NCBI GenBank assembly: GCA_951406725.2
Contig: OX597818.1
Location: 77,872,001-77,936,000 of the forward strand
DNA from: Octopus vulgaris
Lineage: Eukaryota
Length of the DNA stretch: 64,000 nt
Direction of reading: 5' to 3'
Shown here in pieces: positions 50,449-64,000 of this stretch. Under the pieces are notes generated by a model, which saw only the letters and a program-made list of their open reading frames with translations, did not search any database and had not been told where the DNA came from. Made by a program: the position numbers and the translations under genes. Numbering within the stretch: the stretch's first letter is position 1; every line of letters begins with the position of its first letter.

Positions 50449-53357
50449 ACATCAGAGGACTACTAACACACAGTAACAGGACAAAAGTCCCGTTCCTGAG
50501 AGACTTTGTCGCATGCAATCAAGCCTTATGCATAGCACTCACAGAAACGCATCTGAAACCGGACATAGCAGATGCGGAATTACACATACCACAGTATGTT
50601 GTACTACGGACCGACAGGAAAGAAAGGAGTCATGGAGGAGTTGCTATGTACATCCGTGGGGACCTCACACCCCAGGTCCTTTTGTCATACTCAAACTCGG
50701 TGTGTGACACACTAATTGTACACATAAGGCAACTTGATGTAGTTGTGTGTGCTACATATCGCCCTCCAGATGCCCCAAGTCATATGGGCAAGTTTGAGGA
50801 CTGCCTTTTAAAAATAGAAGAAGTTCTAATCACATTAGAACAACACATAAGTGTACTTCTTATGGGAGACTTCAATCTACCCAATGTCAGATGGCCCGAG
50901 GGCCTTTCTCTCCCAGGAATGACAAGATGTGAACGAGGACAGGCGAGGTCCCTCCTGAACCTCATCAACACCCTGTACATGGAGCAAGTAATACTCCAAC
51001 CAACCAGAGCAGGTAACACACTGGATCTCTGCTTCACAAATAATATGGATCTCATCCATAATGTGAAAGTGACACCGACACTACTCTCGGATCACAACAT
51101 GGTAGAGCTGACCATGTACGGGCCAAAAGAGAGCACGGACATGCAGCCTACAAGAAACCCTCATAATCTTTCCAGCTTGAACTTCAATAAGGCAAACTGG
51201 AAACAAATTGAGAAAGAGATCCTCAAACAAAACTGGCCTGAATGTCTCTCCTCGCCGGACATCGACATGATACTTCAACAATTCATGTCTGTAATGCAAG
51301 CCATATGCTACAAATGTGTCCCAGAGAGAAAGGCCACTGTACACAAGAACAAAATCCCCAGAGAGAGGAAAATTTTAATGAGACGGCGTACAAAAATTTC
51401 AAATCGCCTAAACAAACAAATTGAAAGCAGTGAAAAGTCCCGCCTGAAAATAAAACTGTTGGAAATTGAAAATTGTCTGCAACTCTCCCATGAGAAGGAA
51501 AGAGCAGACAAAGAAGCCTGGGCTATAGACAACATAAAAACTAACCCCAGAGCTTTCTACAGGTATGCCAAAGAAACAGCTACGGTGCACTGTAGGATAG
51601 GGTCACTCCTTGAAAAGGATGGCACACTCACAGGAAAACCAATGAGAGTAAGTGAAATACTGAATGAACAATTCAAGAGTGTTTTCACTCCACCCCTTGG
51701 GCATTTCCAAATCAGCAATCCAACTGACTTCTTTACCACTGCAGATATAGAATCAGAGGCGGCGACAATAAATTACATCGATATAAAGGAAGACGATGTA
51801 ATAAAGGCTATAGATGAAATGAAAACAGACTTAGCTATTGGCCCCGATGGATTCCCGGCAATCCTCCTAAAAGTATGTAAGAGAGTCCTAGCAAGACCAC
51901 TGCAGTTCCTCTTTCAGAGCTTCCTTGCAGCTGGCAAACTTCCAAGAAAACTGAAGGAAGGTAAAATATGCCCTATTCATAAAGGAGGTAGCAGAGCGGA
52001 GGCCAAGAACTACAGACCTATCTCTCTGACCTCACACATCAGCAAGGTCATGGAACGAATAGTCAGAAGGAAACTAATCACCTTCCTTGAAGAAAATGAC
52101 TTGCTGCCTGACACCCAACATGGTTTCCGACCAGGAAGGAGCTGCTTAACTCAGCTCCTGCAGCACTATGACTGAGTGCTGAAACAACTGCTCAACCACT
52201 CAAATGTGGAAGTCATATATCTCGACTTCGCAAAGGCCTTCGATAAAGTCGATCATGGAATGATATGTCACAAGCTGCGTGATCTTGGCATAGTTGGAAA
52301 ACTAGGAGAATGGCTCCATGACTTTCTGAAGAATAGCACGCAAATAGTGAGCGGTGTTCCGCAGGGCACTGTTTTGGGACCACTACTGTTCATAATGGCC
52401 CTCTCAGACATGCCCTCAGCCACGCAGAGAGCCACGATCACAAGTTATGCAGATGATACAAAAGTTTCACAGGCAATACAGAACCCTGAGGACACTAAGC
52501 ACCTGCAATGTGAGCTGGACGAAATATACAAGTGGGCTGAAAAGAATAGCATGCAGTTCAATGCTGAAAAGTTTCAAGCTTTATACTATCAGCATGCAAA
52601 ACTGAATGCAATACCCAATGAATACACTGGACCCGGAGGGATTGCAATCCCAGAGGCACAATCAGTGCGTGACCTGGGTATTCACATGAGTGATGACGCG
52701 ACCTTTCATGTACATGTTGCTAAACTGACAATGAAATGTAGACGGCTGGCTGGCTGGATTCTTAGAACCTTTAGAACAAGAGAACAAGAAACCATGATGG
52801 TCCTCTGGAAGACACTTGTCCTAAGCCACTTTGACTATTGCTCTCAGCTATGGTCACCATCCAGTGTCAAGTTGATCACAGAACTTGAGGCGATCCAACG
52901 AAGCTACACGAAGAAGATAGCCTCTGTGCAGCATATGAGCTACTGGGAGAGACTCAAGAGATTAAAGCTCTATTCCCTGGAGCGTAGACGAGAAAGATAT
53001 GCCATAATATATATCTGGAAGATCCTGGAAGGTCTTGTCCCAGACTTTGGCATCGAGAGTCACACAAATGCCAGAACCGGACGCCACTGCGTAGTACCAA
53101 GGACTCCAAATTTGCCATCAAGATGTAGGACAAGATATTGTGATAGCCTGGGCTTCAGAGGCCCACGGCTCTTCAATATCCTCCCGAAGAACCTGAGGGA
53201 CCTGCATGGTGTAGATGCGGATGTCTTTAAAGTAGGACTGGATCTCTTCCTGTCAGGTGTCCCGGATGAACCAACTTCACGGCAGGAGGTGCAGATGAGG
53301 GCAGCTGCATCGAACTCTCTCATGCATCAGATGGCGTTTGCTAAAAAGCATCCGTGA
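50292..53357 (+). pseudogene. LINE ORF2 (APE endonuclease + RT) with one in-frame TGA (52173-52175) and a short in-frame deletion
   Basis: LNIRGL, ALTETHL, MGDFNLP, LDLCF, SDHN; QHGFRPGRSC, YLDFAKAFD, GVPQGTVLGP, YADD. FLKN-STQIV lacks the usual RxQxVxV segment. Confidence 0.92.
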
Positions 53358-53565
53358 GGTAAAACCGTGTAGCAAACCAAATGGCGGTGCCCCAGCATGG
53401 CCACAGCTCATTAGCTGAAACTGGAAAAATCAAAATCAAAATCAAATCATATATATTATTATACTTGGGGATGCTCATATTTTGCCAATTAAACACCCAC
53501 ACTGAATGTTTAGTCTTTACTTCAGCGTTATTGATATTGTTGTTGTTATTATTATTATTATTATT

Positions 53566-53787
53566 ATTCAGTAGTTTTATTTTTATTTTTATAGCGTGCT
53601 TTCACTTCACTACCGAGCGCAGCTCTGTGTGCCTTGGGTATGTGCTGTGATTTGTTGTGATGCTCTGATGGTTATTGTATGGAAAGTGTTCTGCGTAGGA
53701 TGTGGGCAGTGCCTAGTAGTGCAATTTTCTGTATGTTATATGTGTTTGTAAGTCCTGGTGTTTTTGTTATGTATTTGTCTGAATATT
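53566..53787 (-). mobile_element. R4/Dong 3' end in (TAA)n (same family as 18279-18900)
   Basis: Near-identical to 18690-18900 in reverse complement. Confidence 0.85.
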
Positions 53788-53852
53788 TAAAAAAATTTTT
53801 TTTTTATTATTATCATTATTATTATTATTATTATTTATTTTTTTGTTTCTTT

Positions 53853-53895
53853 GTCAAAATTCTTTCGTCACACATCCTGTGACCTCTTCAGCGAC
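53853..53895 (-). ncRNA. Hammerhead-like motif
   Basis: Minus strand: gtcg-CTGAAGA-g-GTCACA-ggatg-TGTGAC-GAAA-gaattt-tgac; strong stem II, weak stem III. Confidence 0.5.
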
Positions 53896-54122
53896 TCCTT
53901 ATCCCACATGTAACCTCTTGCTTTGCTTAGTCCATTGCACGAAGCGCGGGTTAACGGCGGAAGTAACTCCGACACTCATGCTACGTATTCCGCCGCCGAA
54001 TCGAAGCTTCGCTGCAGCCAGGTGCGGCGGCTCTCAGATCAAGCGTGAGTGTGTGTTTGTATCCCTGTCTTATGCGCCTACTTGTGAATGAATTTGCTTG
54101 ACGGAAACTGTTGAAAAACCCG

Positions 54123-54185
<63 letters not shown>

Positions 54186-54198
54186 CATATATATGTAG

Positions 54199-54286
<88 letters not shown>

Positions 54287-54311
54287 GTCTGTCTGTCTGT
54301 CTATCTGTCTA

Positions 54312-54344
<33 letters not shown>

Positions 54345-54710
54345 AAACTCAAACACATACACGTGCACACCCTCGCCCATATTTCGTGTTTTTTTTGATT
54401 TCCAGACCGGCGGCGCATTGAGTTCTTGAGCGAAACAATTTCACGTTGCTTTAATTCACTTATCTGTAATTGAATAACCCTGTGATGAACTGGCATTCTG
54501 TTCAGGGAGAGTGTTGCTCTACCTGCCTAGCCAGGGGGTGGCATCGTTCGAAAACAATGTCAGGAAGCGCTTTGTAGCGAGTAGTATTGAACAGCATCCG
54601 CTAGTCTGGTTGATACAGTGACACCTACCTACCTACCTACCTACCTACCTACCTACCTACCTACCTACCTACCTGCCTGTCTGCCTACATACATGCATGC
54701 ATACATACAT

Positions 54711-55484
54711 GAGACAGCTACTAAATACCTGATAAACAAGAGGGACAAAGATACCATCAATCCTCCATGTTGTGTTAAAAAATGTCGGCTCTGCTATACA
54801 AATGTGGAAGATACCACCCACATCATCTGCAGCTGCCCCAAAATGTCTACGAGATACTACCTGCCCCTGAGGCATGTTATAACTGCAAATACTATTTACA
54901 ATGCTATCCGCAGAAAGGACTGCCCTGACGTATACATCAAAGGTATTTCAGAATCAGCAGGTATTCACACCTTTAAAACAAGGAATACTAGTAAAGCACC
55001 CCAATAAAAACACCATTTCGGTGCAGACATAACAGACCCGATATTGTTCTGTGGGACAGAGAACAAAAGTCATGCACAATCAAAAATCCGGGAAAAAGAG
55101 AACACACATGGCGAATTAATGCGGAACTTACAACTCTTGTACCATGACTATGTATTCTCGTAGGTGCATTGGGTTATGTACCAAAAAAGTTGCACAAAAA
55201 CCTAGAAATGCTCGGTTTCACGGAAAAAGAGCAAAAGGAACTGACATGGATTCTTCAAATCCAGTCTATTAGCGGCACAGTCAAGATCTGTAAGACATTT
55301 CCAAAATTTTCCATTTGAGATTCGCACACTCTTGGGTGTGTGCATTGACAGTTCAACCGACACACCAACTCAACCACATATTTACAAACACCGGGAACTT
55401 TCTTAACTAAAAGAGTCTTGTCGCTTTGTTAGTGACCGACTTCAACTCTTTCATGAAGAACTTAGATAAAACTCAAGAAAAAAC
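54711..55484 (+). mobile_element. R4-like LINE 3' fragment between (CATA)n and (CATC)n
   Basis: CRLCYTNVEDTTHIICSC zinc knuckle, HNRPDIVLWD, VGALGYVP; related to 37590-39480. Confidence 0.8.
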
Positions 55485-55957
55485 ATCCATCCATCCTTCC
55501 ATCCATCCATCCATCCATCCATCCTTCAATATCCATCCATCTAGCCATCGATCAATCGATCCATCTATCCTTCCCTAAATGTCTGTCTGTCTGCCTCCCC
55601 CCCCACATGAATATATGACTACATTGAGAGAAACGTTGCACCACATTAACTTCGAACGCGTTAGATTTGGAAGACAAAATGCAAAATAAAACAAAAGAAG
55701 TGTAAAGCGAATCAAGAGAAATAGCAATATAAATGAAATATCAAATTTCTATTTATTGGCAAATGTTCCTAAACTGAAGTGAATTGATACAGAAATATAA
55801 TAATAATATGATAATAATTGTTTCTGATGTAGGCACAAAGTCAGCAAATTTGAGGATGGAGGGTAGAGGGTAGTCGATATCGTCACCCCAATACACAACT
55901 GATACTTTATTTTATTGAACCTCAACGGATGAAAGCTGACCTCACTTTTCAGTGGAT

Positions 55958-56017
<60 letters not shown>

Positions 56018-56420
56018 GCCCTGGTGCAGTACCAGGCAGTGGCTCTCATGAATTCTTAGCTAAATTGATTGGAAGTGTTATCAGGTACATCGTTTTGTCT
56101 TGGTATAAAAGATAGACTACAGCAAATATTCTGCTCAACACCACAGATTTGCTTGTTATTTGCGTAACCTTAACCAGTTGACCATGTCCCTTAGTGGCTG
56201 ACGATATGTGCATCTCTGATTATGAGCAGAAGTAGTGGGGAAGCATCATAGATATGTGTCGAGAAGAATTCTTTGGGGTTTGGACAATTCACCTTTGGAA
56301 ACGGGTGTTTCGTTCAACATCCTCAAAGAACCCTACTCAGGGACCTTTTGAGCTGGATGGGCTACTCAACCTGAAGAAAATTATGACTGAGTCCCACCTG
56401 CAAGGTCATACGCTATCATG

Positions 56421-57569
56421 TTTGCCACTTATGTGGAAGCTATACCGGAGTTTTGCAGAGTTTTGAATTTTTTAAAATAATTTTTGCAATGGTCTGATAA
56501 TATCGACATAGACTTGCCCAAATGCATCAATAGATTAATATTGATATTTTTTTTAACCGTTGTTACAATCATCTGAAATGGAACTATCAAAGCGCGATAT
56601 TCGAGTAATTTTGCTATTCAACTTAAAAAAAAAAAGAAGTAAAGCAGCTGAAACTGCTCGCGATATCAATGAAAGGTTTGTTGAGGAAATGACAAGTGAG
56701 TGGTCAGCTCGAAAATGGTTTAAACGATTTCGCAGTGGAGACCTGAGCCTTGAAGATCGTGAGCGTAGTGGACGCCCATTTGTCATCGATGACCACCAAT
56801 TTGCATGCGATCGGAAAATCAAAAATGCTCGACAAATGGGTACCATACGATTTGAATGAAAATCAGAAAGTGAGCAGATATGAAATTTGCTCGTCGCTTC
56901 TTCTCCGCGACCAGACCGATCCATTTATATCGGAAAAGTGGATTCTGTACAATAATAAAAAAACGTCCTTTGCAGTGGTTGGACCAAAATGAAGCACCGA
57001 AAACTTTTCTTAACCCGAGCTCTTCAAAAAGAAGTTTATGGTGACTGTTGGTGGTGTACTGCTGGACTCATCCATTATAACTTCTCAAAACTCGGAAAAA
57101 CCATTACTGCAGAAACATGTTGCCATGAAATTGCCAAAATGAGCCCCAAGGTGCTACTCCTCTGTCCCATACTGGCGAACAGAAGAGGGCCACTCATTAT
57201 TTATGACAATGCTCGATCACACGTTTCACCAATGACGCTCCAGAAATTGAGAGATCTTGGCTACGAAGTTCTTTACCCTGCTTATTCCCCAGACCTTTCT
57301 TTTACTGGTTACCACTTTTTCAAGTACCTTCATAGTTTCCTGCGAGAGAAGTTCAAAAACCAAACCGATGCTAGAAGTGCGTTCAAAGAGTTCATCAGCT
57401 CCAGAAATCCAGACTTTTATGGTACCGGAATAAACAAACTTATAACTCACTGGCAAATATGTATTGATTGTAATGGTACTTACTTTGATGAATAAAATTT
57501 CCGTATTGTTGAAATATATTGTGAAGAATTTCATGTTTCAAAACGTTGCTTACTTTTTACTCAACCTGA
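56421..57569 (+). mobile_element. Degraded mariner (SETMAR/Hsmar1-like) transposon
   Basis: KAAETARDIN, KWFKRFRSGDLSLEDRERSGRP, EKWILYNN, YDNARSH, PAYSPDLSFTGYHFF; 3' TIR ...ctcaacctga followed by TA. Confidence 0.88.
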
Positions 57570-57571
57570 TA

Positions 57572-59712
57572 CCTAGACAAAGGAGTTCTAAATGAGGTAA
57601 AAGCTGGAAAGAAAAATCTAACAATAACATGGATAAATTATAGGAAAGCCTATGACATGATTCCACACTCATGGATAAGTGAATGTTTTAGTATATTCAG
57701 TATATTTAGTATATTCAACATAGCAGACAACATAAGATAATTAATTAGCTTTAGCACGAAGAAATGGAAAATAGATCTCTACTCAAATGACACACTTTTA
57801 GGGTAAGTTAATATCAAAAGAAGAATTTTCCAAGGGGGCTCGTTATCTCCTTTAATATTTGTCTTATGTTTGACCTCCCTCAGTTTTTGTATTAAAGAAG
57901 GGAAAAGCAGGGTATCTGTTCAGAAACAGTAATGGAAAAATTAACCATTTGCTCTACATGGATTATTTGAAGTTTTTTTTTTTTTAGTAAGAATGAAAAA
58001 GACAGATCCCTTAATACAGACTGTAAGACCCTTCAGCAAAGATATAGGCATGGAATTTGACATAGATAAGTGTACAATATTAGTCATGAGAAGGGGACAG
58101 GTAGTCAACAGCGAAAGCATCCAATTACCAGATGGCCAGACATTAAAATCATTGAAAGGAGAAAAGAGTTATAAATATATAGGAGTTTTAGAACCTGACA
58201 GAATACTAACTATAGAAATGAAAGCGAAAATTGAGAAGTAGTATATCAGAAGGTTGAGGAAGCTACTGAAGTCAAAGCTAAATGGTCCGAATCTTGCAGG
58301 GTGGAATTCGAACTCAGAACAAAAATGATATAATCATATAACCGCAGAACATTAAACCCGGTGTTTTACAGATTCAGCTGTCACCAATCTTCGGGGAATT
58401 ACAATATAACTAAGATGAATTTTAAAAATATATGAACAGTTATAAATATAATTGAAATTGTATCCCTTCCCATCAAAATACGTAAAGACACAGTTTTTCT
58501 ATCACCATGGTAACGAATACATTTTTTATTACTTTTAAATACATGGTCAGTATCATTACTTAGATGCTCAGCAGCTTTTGTAGATTGGACAAAAACTGAA
58601 TTAGCAGAGCTAGACAGAAGACCTAAGAAGGATTTCAATATGAATGGAGGACTTCACCTAAGGGCATGATTGGCAAGATTATACTTACCTAGAAAAGAAG
58701 GTGGAAGAGGGTTAATATCAGTAGAAGACTGCGTGGAGTTAGCTAGAGTAGATATAGACATCTATGTAGGTAGTAGTAAAGAAAGTTTATTAAAAGCTGC
58801 TGGAGTCACTGCAAGATAAGGAAGCCAAAAACCCAAACGAGTTAAGAATCAGAAAAAGGAACAGAAATTATCTCAATGGCAGGAGAAGGCGTTGCAAAGT
58901 AGATGACCAAAGATAGTTTCAGCAAATAGTAGTAGTGAGACATGGTTGGTTATGGTTGCAGAAAGGAAAGCTAAAAAGGGAGACAGGATGTTTGTTAGTA
59001 GTTGCATAAGATCAAGCATTAAGGATTAATTGGATAAAAACTAAGATAGACAAAAACCAAGTAGATTCCCAATGTAGGTTATGAAAATCAAAAGAAGAAA
59101 GAATTACTAATATAGTAAGTGAATGTAGTATGCTGGCACAGAAAGAATAAAGAAAAGACATGACAATCTAGGGAAAGTAATCCACTGGGAGTTATGTAAA
59201 AAGCTAGGACTTGACCTTACTGATAAATGGTACGAATATGAACCTAGTAAAGTACTAGAAAGTAAGAAATATAAGATGTTGTGGGACTTTGACATTCAGA
59301 CTGACAGAGTAATAGAAGCTAGGAGGCCTGATTTAGTAGTAGTAGATAAAGAGAATATAAAGTGCCAGAGAATTGACTTTACAGTACGAAATGATGAAAA
59401 AATCAATATGAAAGGAATAGAATAAATAGTAAAGTACCAGGACCTAGCCATTGAATTACAGAGACTATGGAAAGTGCGGGGTAAAATGTATCCCAGTCGT
59501 TATAGGTGCATTGGGAACTATCCCTGAAGATCTGAACAGGTGGATAGAGGAAATAGGCATAAAACTCAGTTTGGTACAGCTCCAGAAAACAGTGTTATTA
59601 GGGACAGGTAGGATACTTAGGAGGGTTCATGGCATCTAAGTTTACTTGTTATATCCCGATGTTAGGATTTTTCTCTTCCATCAGTCTAATCCGTTGTGTG
59701 TACATGAAAATA
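57572..59712 (+). pseudogene. Degraded R4/Dong-clade LINE (RT + REL)
   Basis: WINYRKAYDMIPHSWI, FQGGSLSP, NHLLYMD, RLYLPRKEGGRGL, LWDFDIQTDRVIEARRPDL, IPVVIGALGTIP. Confidence 0.88.
58292..58538 (+). repeat. 247-bp near-identical copy of 60096-60342 inserted into the R4 LINE
   Basis: Direct sequence match with two substitutions seen by eye. Confidence 0.9.
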
Positions 59713-59865
59713 TAAGGTCGTCCCATAAGTTCTGTCCGAATTTTGAATAAAGAAAACAAGTGATTAATTTATCGGCCCCGAAAGGATGAAAGGTAAAGTC
59801 GACCTTGGCGGAATTGAACCCAGAACGTAACGGCTGACGAAATACCTCTAAGCACGCGCCTTATG

Positions 59866-59936
<71 letters not shown>

Positions 59937-61244
59937 CGATGATAACCAGAGCATCAATTATAATAATTATAGTTTCAGATTTTGGCACAAGGCCAGCAGT
60001 TTCGGGTGAGCGGGTACTAAAAGCACGGTCGATTTAATACATTATAATTGTTGTCTGGTATTAATTTTACTCTGTTAGCAGTTCAAATGAAAAATTCTTG
60101 CAGGGTGGAATTCGAACTCAGAACAAAAATGATATAATCATATAACCGCAGAACATTAAACCCGGTGTTTTACAGATTCAGCTGTCACCAATCTTCGGGG
60201 AATTACAATATAACTAAGATAAATTTTAAAAATATATGAACAGTTATAAATATAATTGAAATTGTATCCCCTCCCATCAAAATACGTAAAGACACAGTTT
60301 TTCTATCACCATGGTAACGAATACATTTTTTATTACTTTTAACAAATAGTGGGACTCACAGAAAGTTATATAGATAGACAGATAGCCATTTGTCTCTCAC
60401 ATATAAATATATGTTTGTGTATTCGTAGTGTGTGTGAGATAGAAAGAGATGGAAATTGACATAGATAGATAGGTAGATAAATAAATAGAGAGGTGGTATG
60501 CATGCACATATAATTTCTGTTTACTTAAATTCGTAATACAAAATATATTCGTGTGAAGAGATGAATTGTAACATTTTATACAGGAGTGTTCTTCAGAACA
60601 ACGCTCTTCTCGTAACACAGTAGCTTATGTTATCTTATTAGCCTTATTACCTGCTTGTTTAATTACAGACAAATACCAGCCCCAGTTTCTTTAAACACTA
60701 GTTATTTCCTTCTGTTTTTGTTCTCAATATAAGCATCCCTAAAATCAATCTTCACATAGGGGTGTTCTTCAGGACACGACTTCCCTCATGACACACCAGC
60801 TTATGCTATCTCTTTTAGCTTTATTACCGGTTTGTTTAATTACAGATGTCAAGACTATTTTCTTCAATACTCGCTATTTTCTTCATTTTTTCACAACATA
60901 AAACGTCTCTTGTCTCAGTCTTATATTAAAAATTTGTGAAGTCATATATTCATACAAACCAATCACTTCCCAAGAGAACGGCGGCTCTTATACTGTATTG
61001 TGTTTGTATATTTTATTGCACCGAAGGCGTAAAAGTTCATTTCTAATCAATAGAATAACTTTATAAAATAAACAATATGTTATAAGTTATAATGTACTTT
61101 CCGCTTGACTGGGCATTGACATTGTACCAAAGCATTATATAAACATTATACTGCATACAAACATAACACCCCCACCCCACAAACGTACGCACACACGCAC
61201 ATACATTCACGCGTACGTACGTACATACATACATACATACATAC

Positions 61245-61275
<31 letters not shown>

Positions 61276-63020
61276 CATACATACATACATACATACATAC
61301 ATAACTGAATGCATAAATACATACGTATACGTACACACATACATATATACATACACACACATACATCATACGATAGCCAAAGGAAGTCAGCAGACATTTT
61401 AATGCCTGTATCATACATACATACATACATACATACATACATACATACATACATACATACATACATACATACATACATGCATACATACATGCATGCATGC
61501 ATACATACATACATACATAGATACGTACGTACATACATACGTACATACATACATAATAGATACATAGAGACATACATACGTGTGCACACGTACATACACG
61601 CGCGCATACATGTATACATACACACACATACATCCACAGGAATCAAAGGATAACCGAACGAAACCAGCAAAAAAAAAAAAAAAATTCCAGTTATAAAAGG
61701 CTTTAGATTGTGCGAGGCGGGGTACACCAATGAATGAGAGCCTATTTATCGTATTGACTAAGTTCGTTTCAGTAAGGAGGAACTCATTTCCTATGAAAGG
61801 GAGGTAATCTCCGAGGAAGAATCTATTACCTACCTGAATGAAACGAACATCACAGCCACATCCACACAAAATTCTAACGAAAATCTGACAGAGCACTGAT
61901 ATCAGGTGCACGAGGATGATCCAGGCAAATTGCTGATCAGGCAGATGGGATCAAATTAATAAGAATTCTCAAAATGATGGAATATTAGCAAAAGTTTCCA
62001 GGTATATCAAACATGTGGTATGCCCTGTTGGTCATTATTGTAAGGAAGATGATTTATTTCCAGATGCACCTTGGCGGGATTAGAAGCATTAATTTTGAAT
62101 CTAAGAACAAGGAAGAAGTTACCCTTTCTCGCATTCCGATCAAACAGCCTCCCAGAGAGGATTGTAGAATCACCAGCATCAACACATAATGTGATTGGCG
62201 ACCTATTGTAGGGAGAAAATATAATCAGAGCAGTAGATATGATCAACGCAAGATCAACCCAAGTCGACGTTTAATATATTTTATATCTTAAGGTGTCGAG
62301 CTGGCAGAAACGTTAGCATGCCGAGCGAAATGCGTAGCCCTATTTCGTCTGCCGTTACGTTCTGAGTTCAAATTCCGCCGAGGTCGACTTTGCCTTTCAT
62401 CCTTTCGGGGTCGATTAAATAAGTACCAGTTACAAACTGGGGTCGATATAACCGACTTAATCCGTTTGTCTGTCCTTGTTTGTCCTCTCTGTGTTTGGTC
62501 CCTTGTGGTAGTAAAGAAATAGGTATTTCGTCTGTCTTTACTTTCTGAGTTCAAATTCCACCGTGGTCAACTTTGCTTTTCATCTTTTCGGTTTCGATAA
62601 ATTAAGTACCAGTTGAGTACTGGGGGTCGATATAATCGACTGGCCCCCCTCCTCCAAAATTTCGGGCCCTGTGCCTAGAGTACAAAAAATATTTTTAATA
62701 TCTTGTTTTAATTGATATTGCAAATATGATGCATGTTCTTAAAGATGCGAGCTGGCAGAATCGTTAGCACGCCGGGCAAAATGCTTACTAGCATTTCTTG
62801 AGGCTTTGCGTCAAATTCTGAGTTCAAGTTCCACCGAGATCGACTTCCCCTTTCATTCGGCTAGATCTCTCCCTCAAACTTTCAAGCCTCGTGCCTATAA
62901 TAGGTAAAAGTGTTATTCTTTTATTTATTCTGTGTAATTATTTGCGGGTTTTTATAAATGTATTAAGTTGTCCCCCCGCATTAATTGTATAAGTTTTTCA
63001 CTCCTCCTCTTGCCTATATA

Positions 63021-63804
63021 TTAGGTTGTCAAGAAAGTTCTTACGGTTTTTAACCTTTCAATTCAGATGCACATATCTGGAGGGGTGTTTGGCATCGTCT
63101 TGGTTTTTGAAGCATTTCTCACGCAAGAGGTTGTCGAGATGCTTGAAAAAGTGGTAGTCGGTAGGTGAGAGGTCTGGTGAGTATGGCGGATGAGGCAGAG
63201 TTTCGTAGCCCAATTCGTTCAACTTCTGCAGGGTCAGTTGTGTAATGTGCAGCCGAGCGTTGTAGTGGAGAAGAATTGGTCTTTTTCTATTTACTAATGC
63301 TGGCTATTGTTGTCAGAGTTTCTTATGCATTTCATCCATTTGCTGACAGTACTTCTCCGCCGTAATGGTTTAGCCTGGATCCACAAAGCTGTGATGGATG
63401 AGACCAGCTGCAGACTACCAAACAGTCACCATGACCGTATTTTGGTGCGACTTTGGCTTCGGGAAGTGCTGTGGAGCTTGGTCGGCGTCCAACCACTGAG
63501 CTGAGCGTCGCTGGTTTTCGTAAAGAATTCACTTTTCATCGTAAGTCACAATCCGGTCGAGAAACGGGTTGTTCTTGTTGCGTAAAAGAAGGGAAGACGA
63601 CACTTCAAAACGGCGATTTTTTTGGTTGTTGTTCAATTCGTGCGGCACCCATTTCTCAAGTATTTTTGTTTTTTCAGTCTCTTTCAAGTGGTTGGAAATT
63701 GTCGTATACGTTACGTCTAATTCAGAAGCAAGTTCTCGAACAGTTGTGCGTGGATCGGCTTCGACTAAGGTTCTTAGTTGATCGTTGTCAACATCCGATG
63801 GCCG
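63021..63804 (-). mobile_element. Degraded mariner fragment
   Basis: TA + TIR ttaggttgtcaagaaagttc; minus strand PHPPYSPDLSPTDYHFFKHL. Confidence 0.85.
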
Positions 63805-63890
<86 letters not shown>

Positions 63891-64000
63891 TATTATTATT
63901 ATTGAAGGCGGCGAGCTGGCAGAATCGTTAGCACGCCAGGCGAAATGCTTAGCAGTATTTCGCCTGCCGTTACGTTCTGAGTTCAAATTCCGCCGAGGTC

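Larger units (their letters stand above)
50011..53448 (+). mobile_element. Young 5'-truncated CR1-group (Zenon-like) LINE in (TA)n
   Basis: ORF1 C-terminus, APE-RT ORF2, short 3'UTR and (AAAATC)n tail. Confidence 0.93.

Noticed and set aside
52173-52175. In-frame TGA in LINE ORF2 as selenocysteine or readthrough
   Set aside because: It is more simply a TGG-to-TGA nonsense change. The same copy also has a deletion in the RT region, and no SECIS is evident in the very short 3'UTR.
61630-62275. Possible coding or transposase remnant
   Set aside because: Stops in the frames read and no motif I could assign with confidence.

Overview
AT-rich, repeat-saturated eukaryotic DNA. The SINE families and the dense (TA)n/(CA)n/(TAA)n/(TATG)n microsatellites point to an octopus genome (inference). 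Only one plausible host gene is visible: a minus-strand, probably two-exon small gene of unknown function (14348-14211 joined to 2477-2139). The rest is mobile DNA. It includes a nearly intact Neptune-type Penelope-like element (RT + GIY-YIG, 42087-47431) inserted in (TA)n, a young 5'-truncated CR1-group LINE (50011-53448), RTE and R4/Dong fragments, mariner, hAT, Chapaev-like and Helitron relics, and four SINE families. The most interesting signal is a fleet of different short non-coding elements carrying minimal hammerhead ribozymes with palindromic stem III (best copy 48002-48046, in a ~352-nt monomer with a terminal repeat). Several sit in (TA)n tracts around the Penelope element, suggesting a retrozyme-like system. 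Also notable: an HDV-like ribozyme at the 5' end of a (TATG)n-inserted element, a candidate -1 frameshift linking CR1 ORF1 and ORF2, and a covarying SINE/LINE 3' stem-loop. All calls were made by eye, without searches or folding software. Most short ORFs in the track are microsatellite or SINE artefacts.
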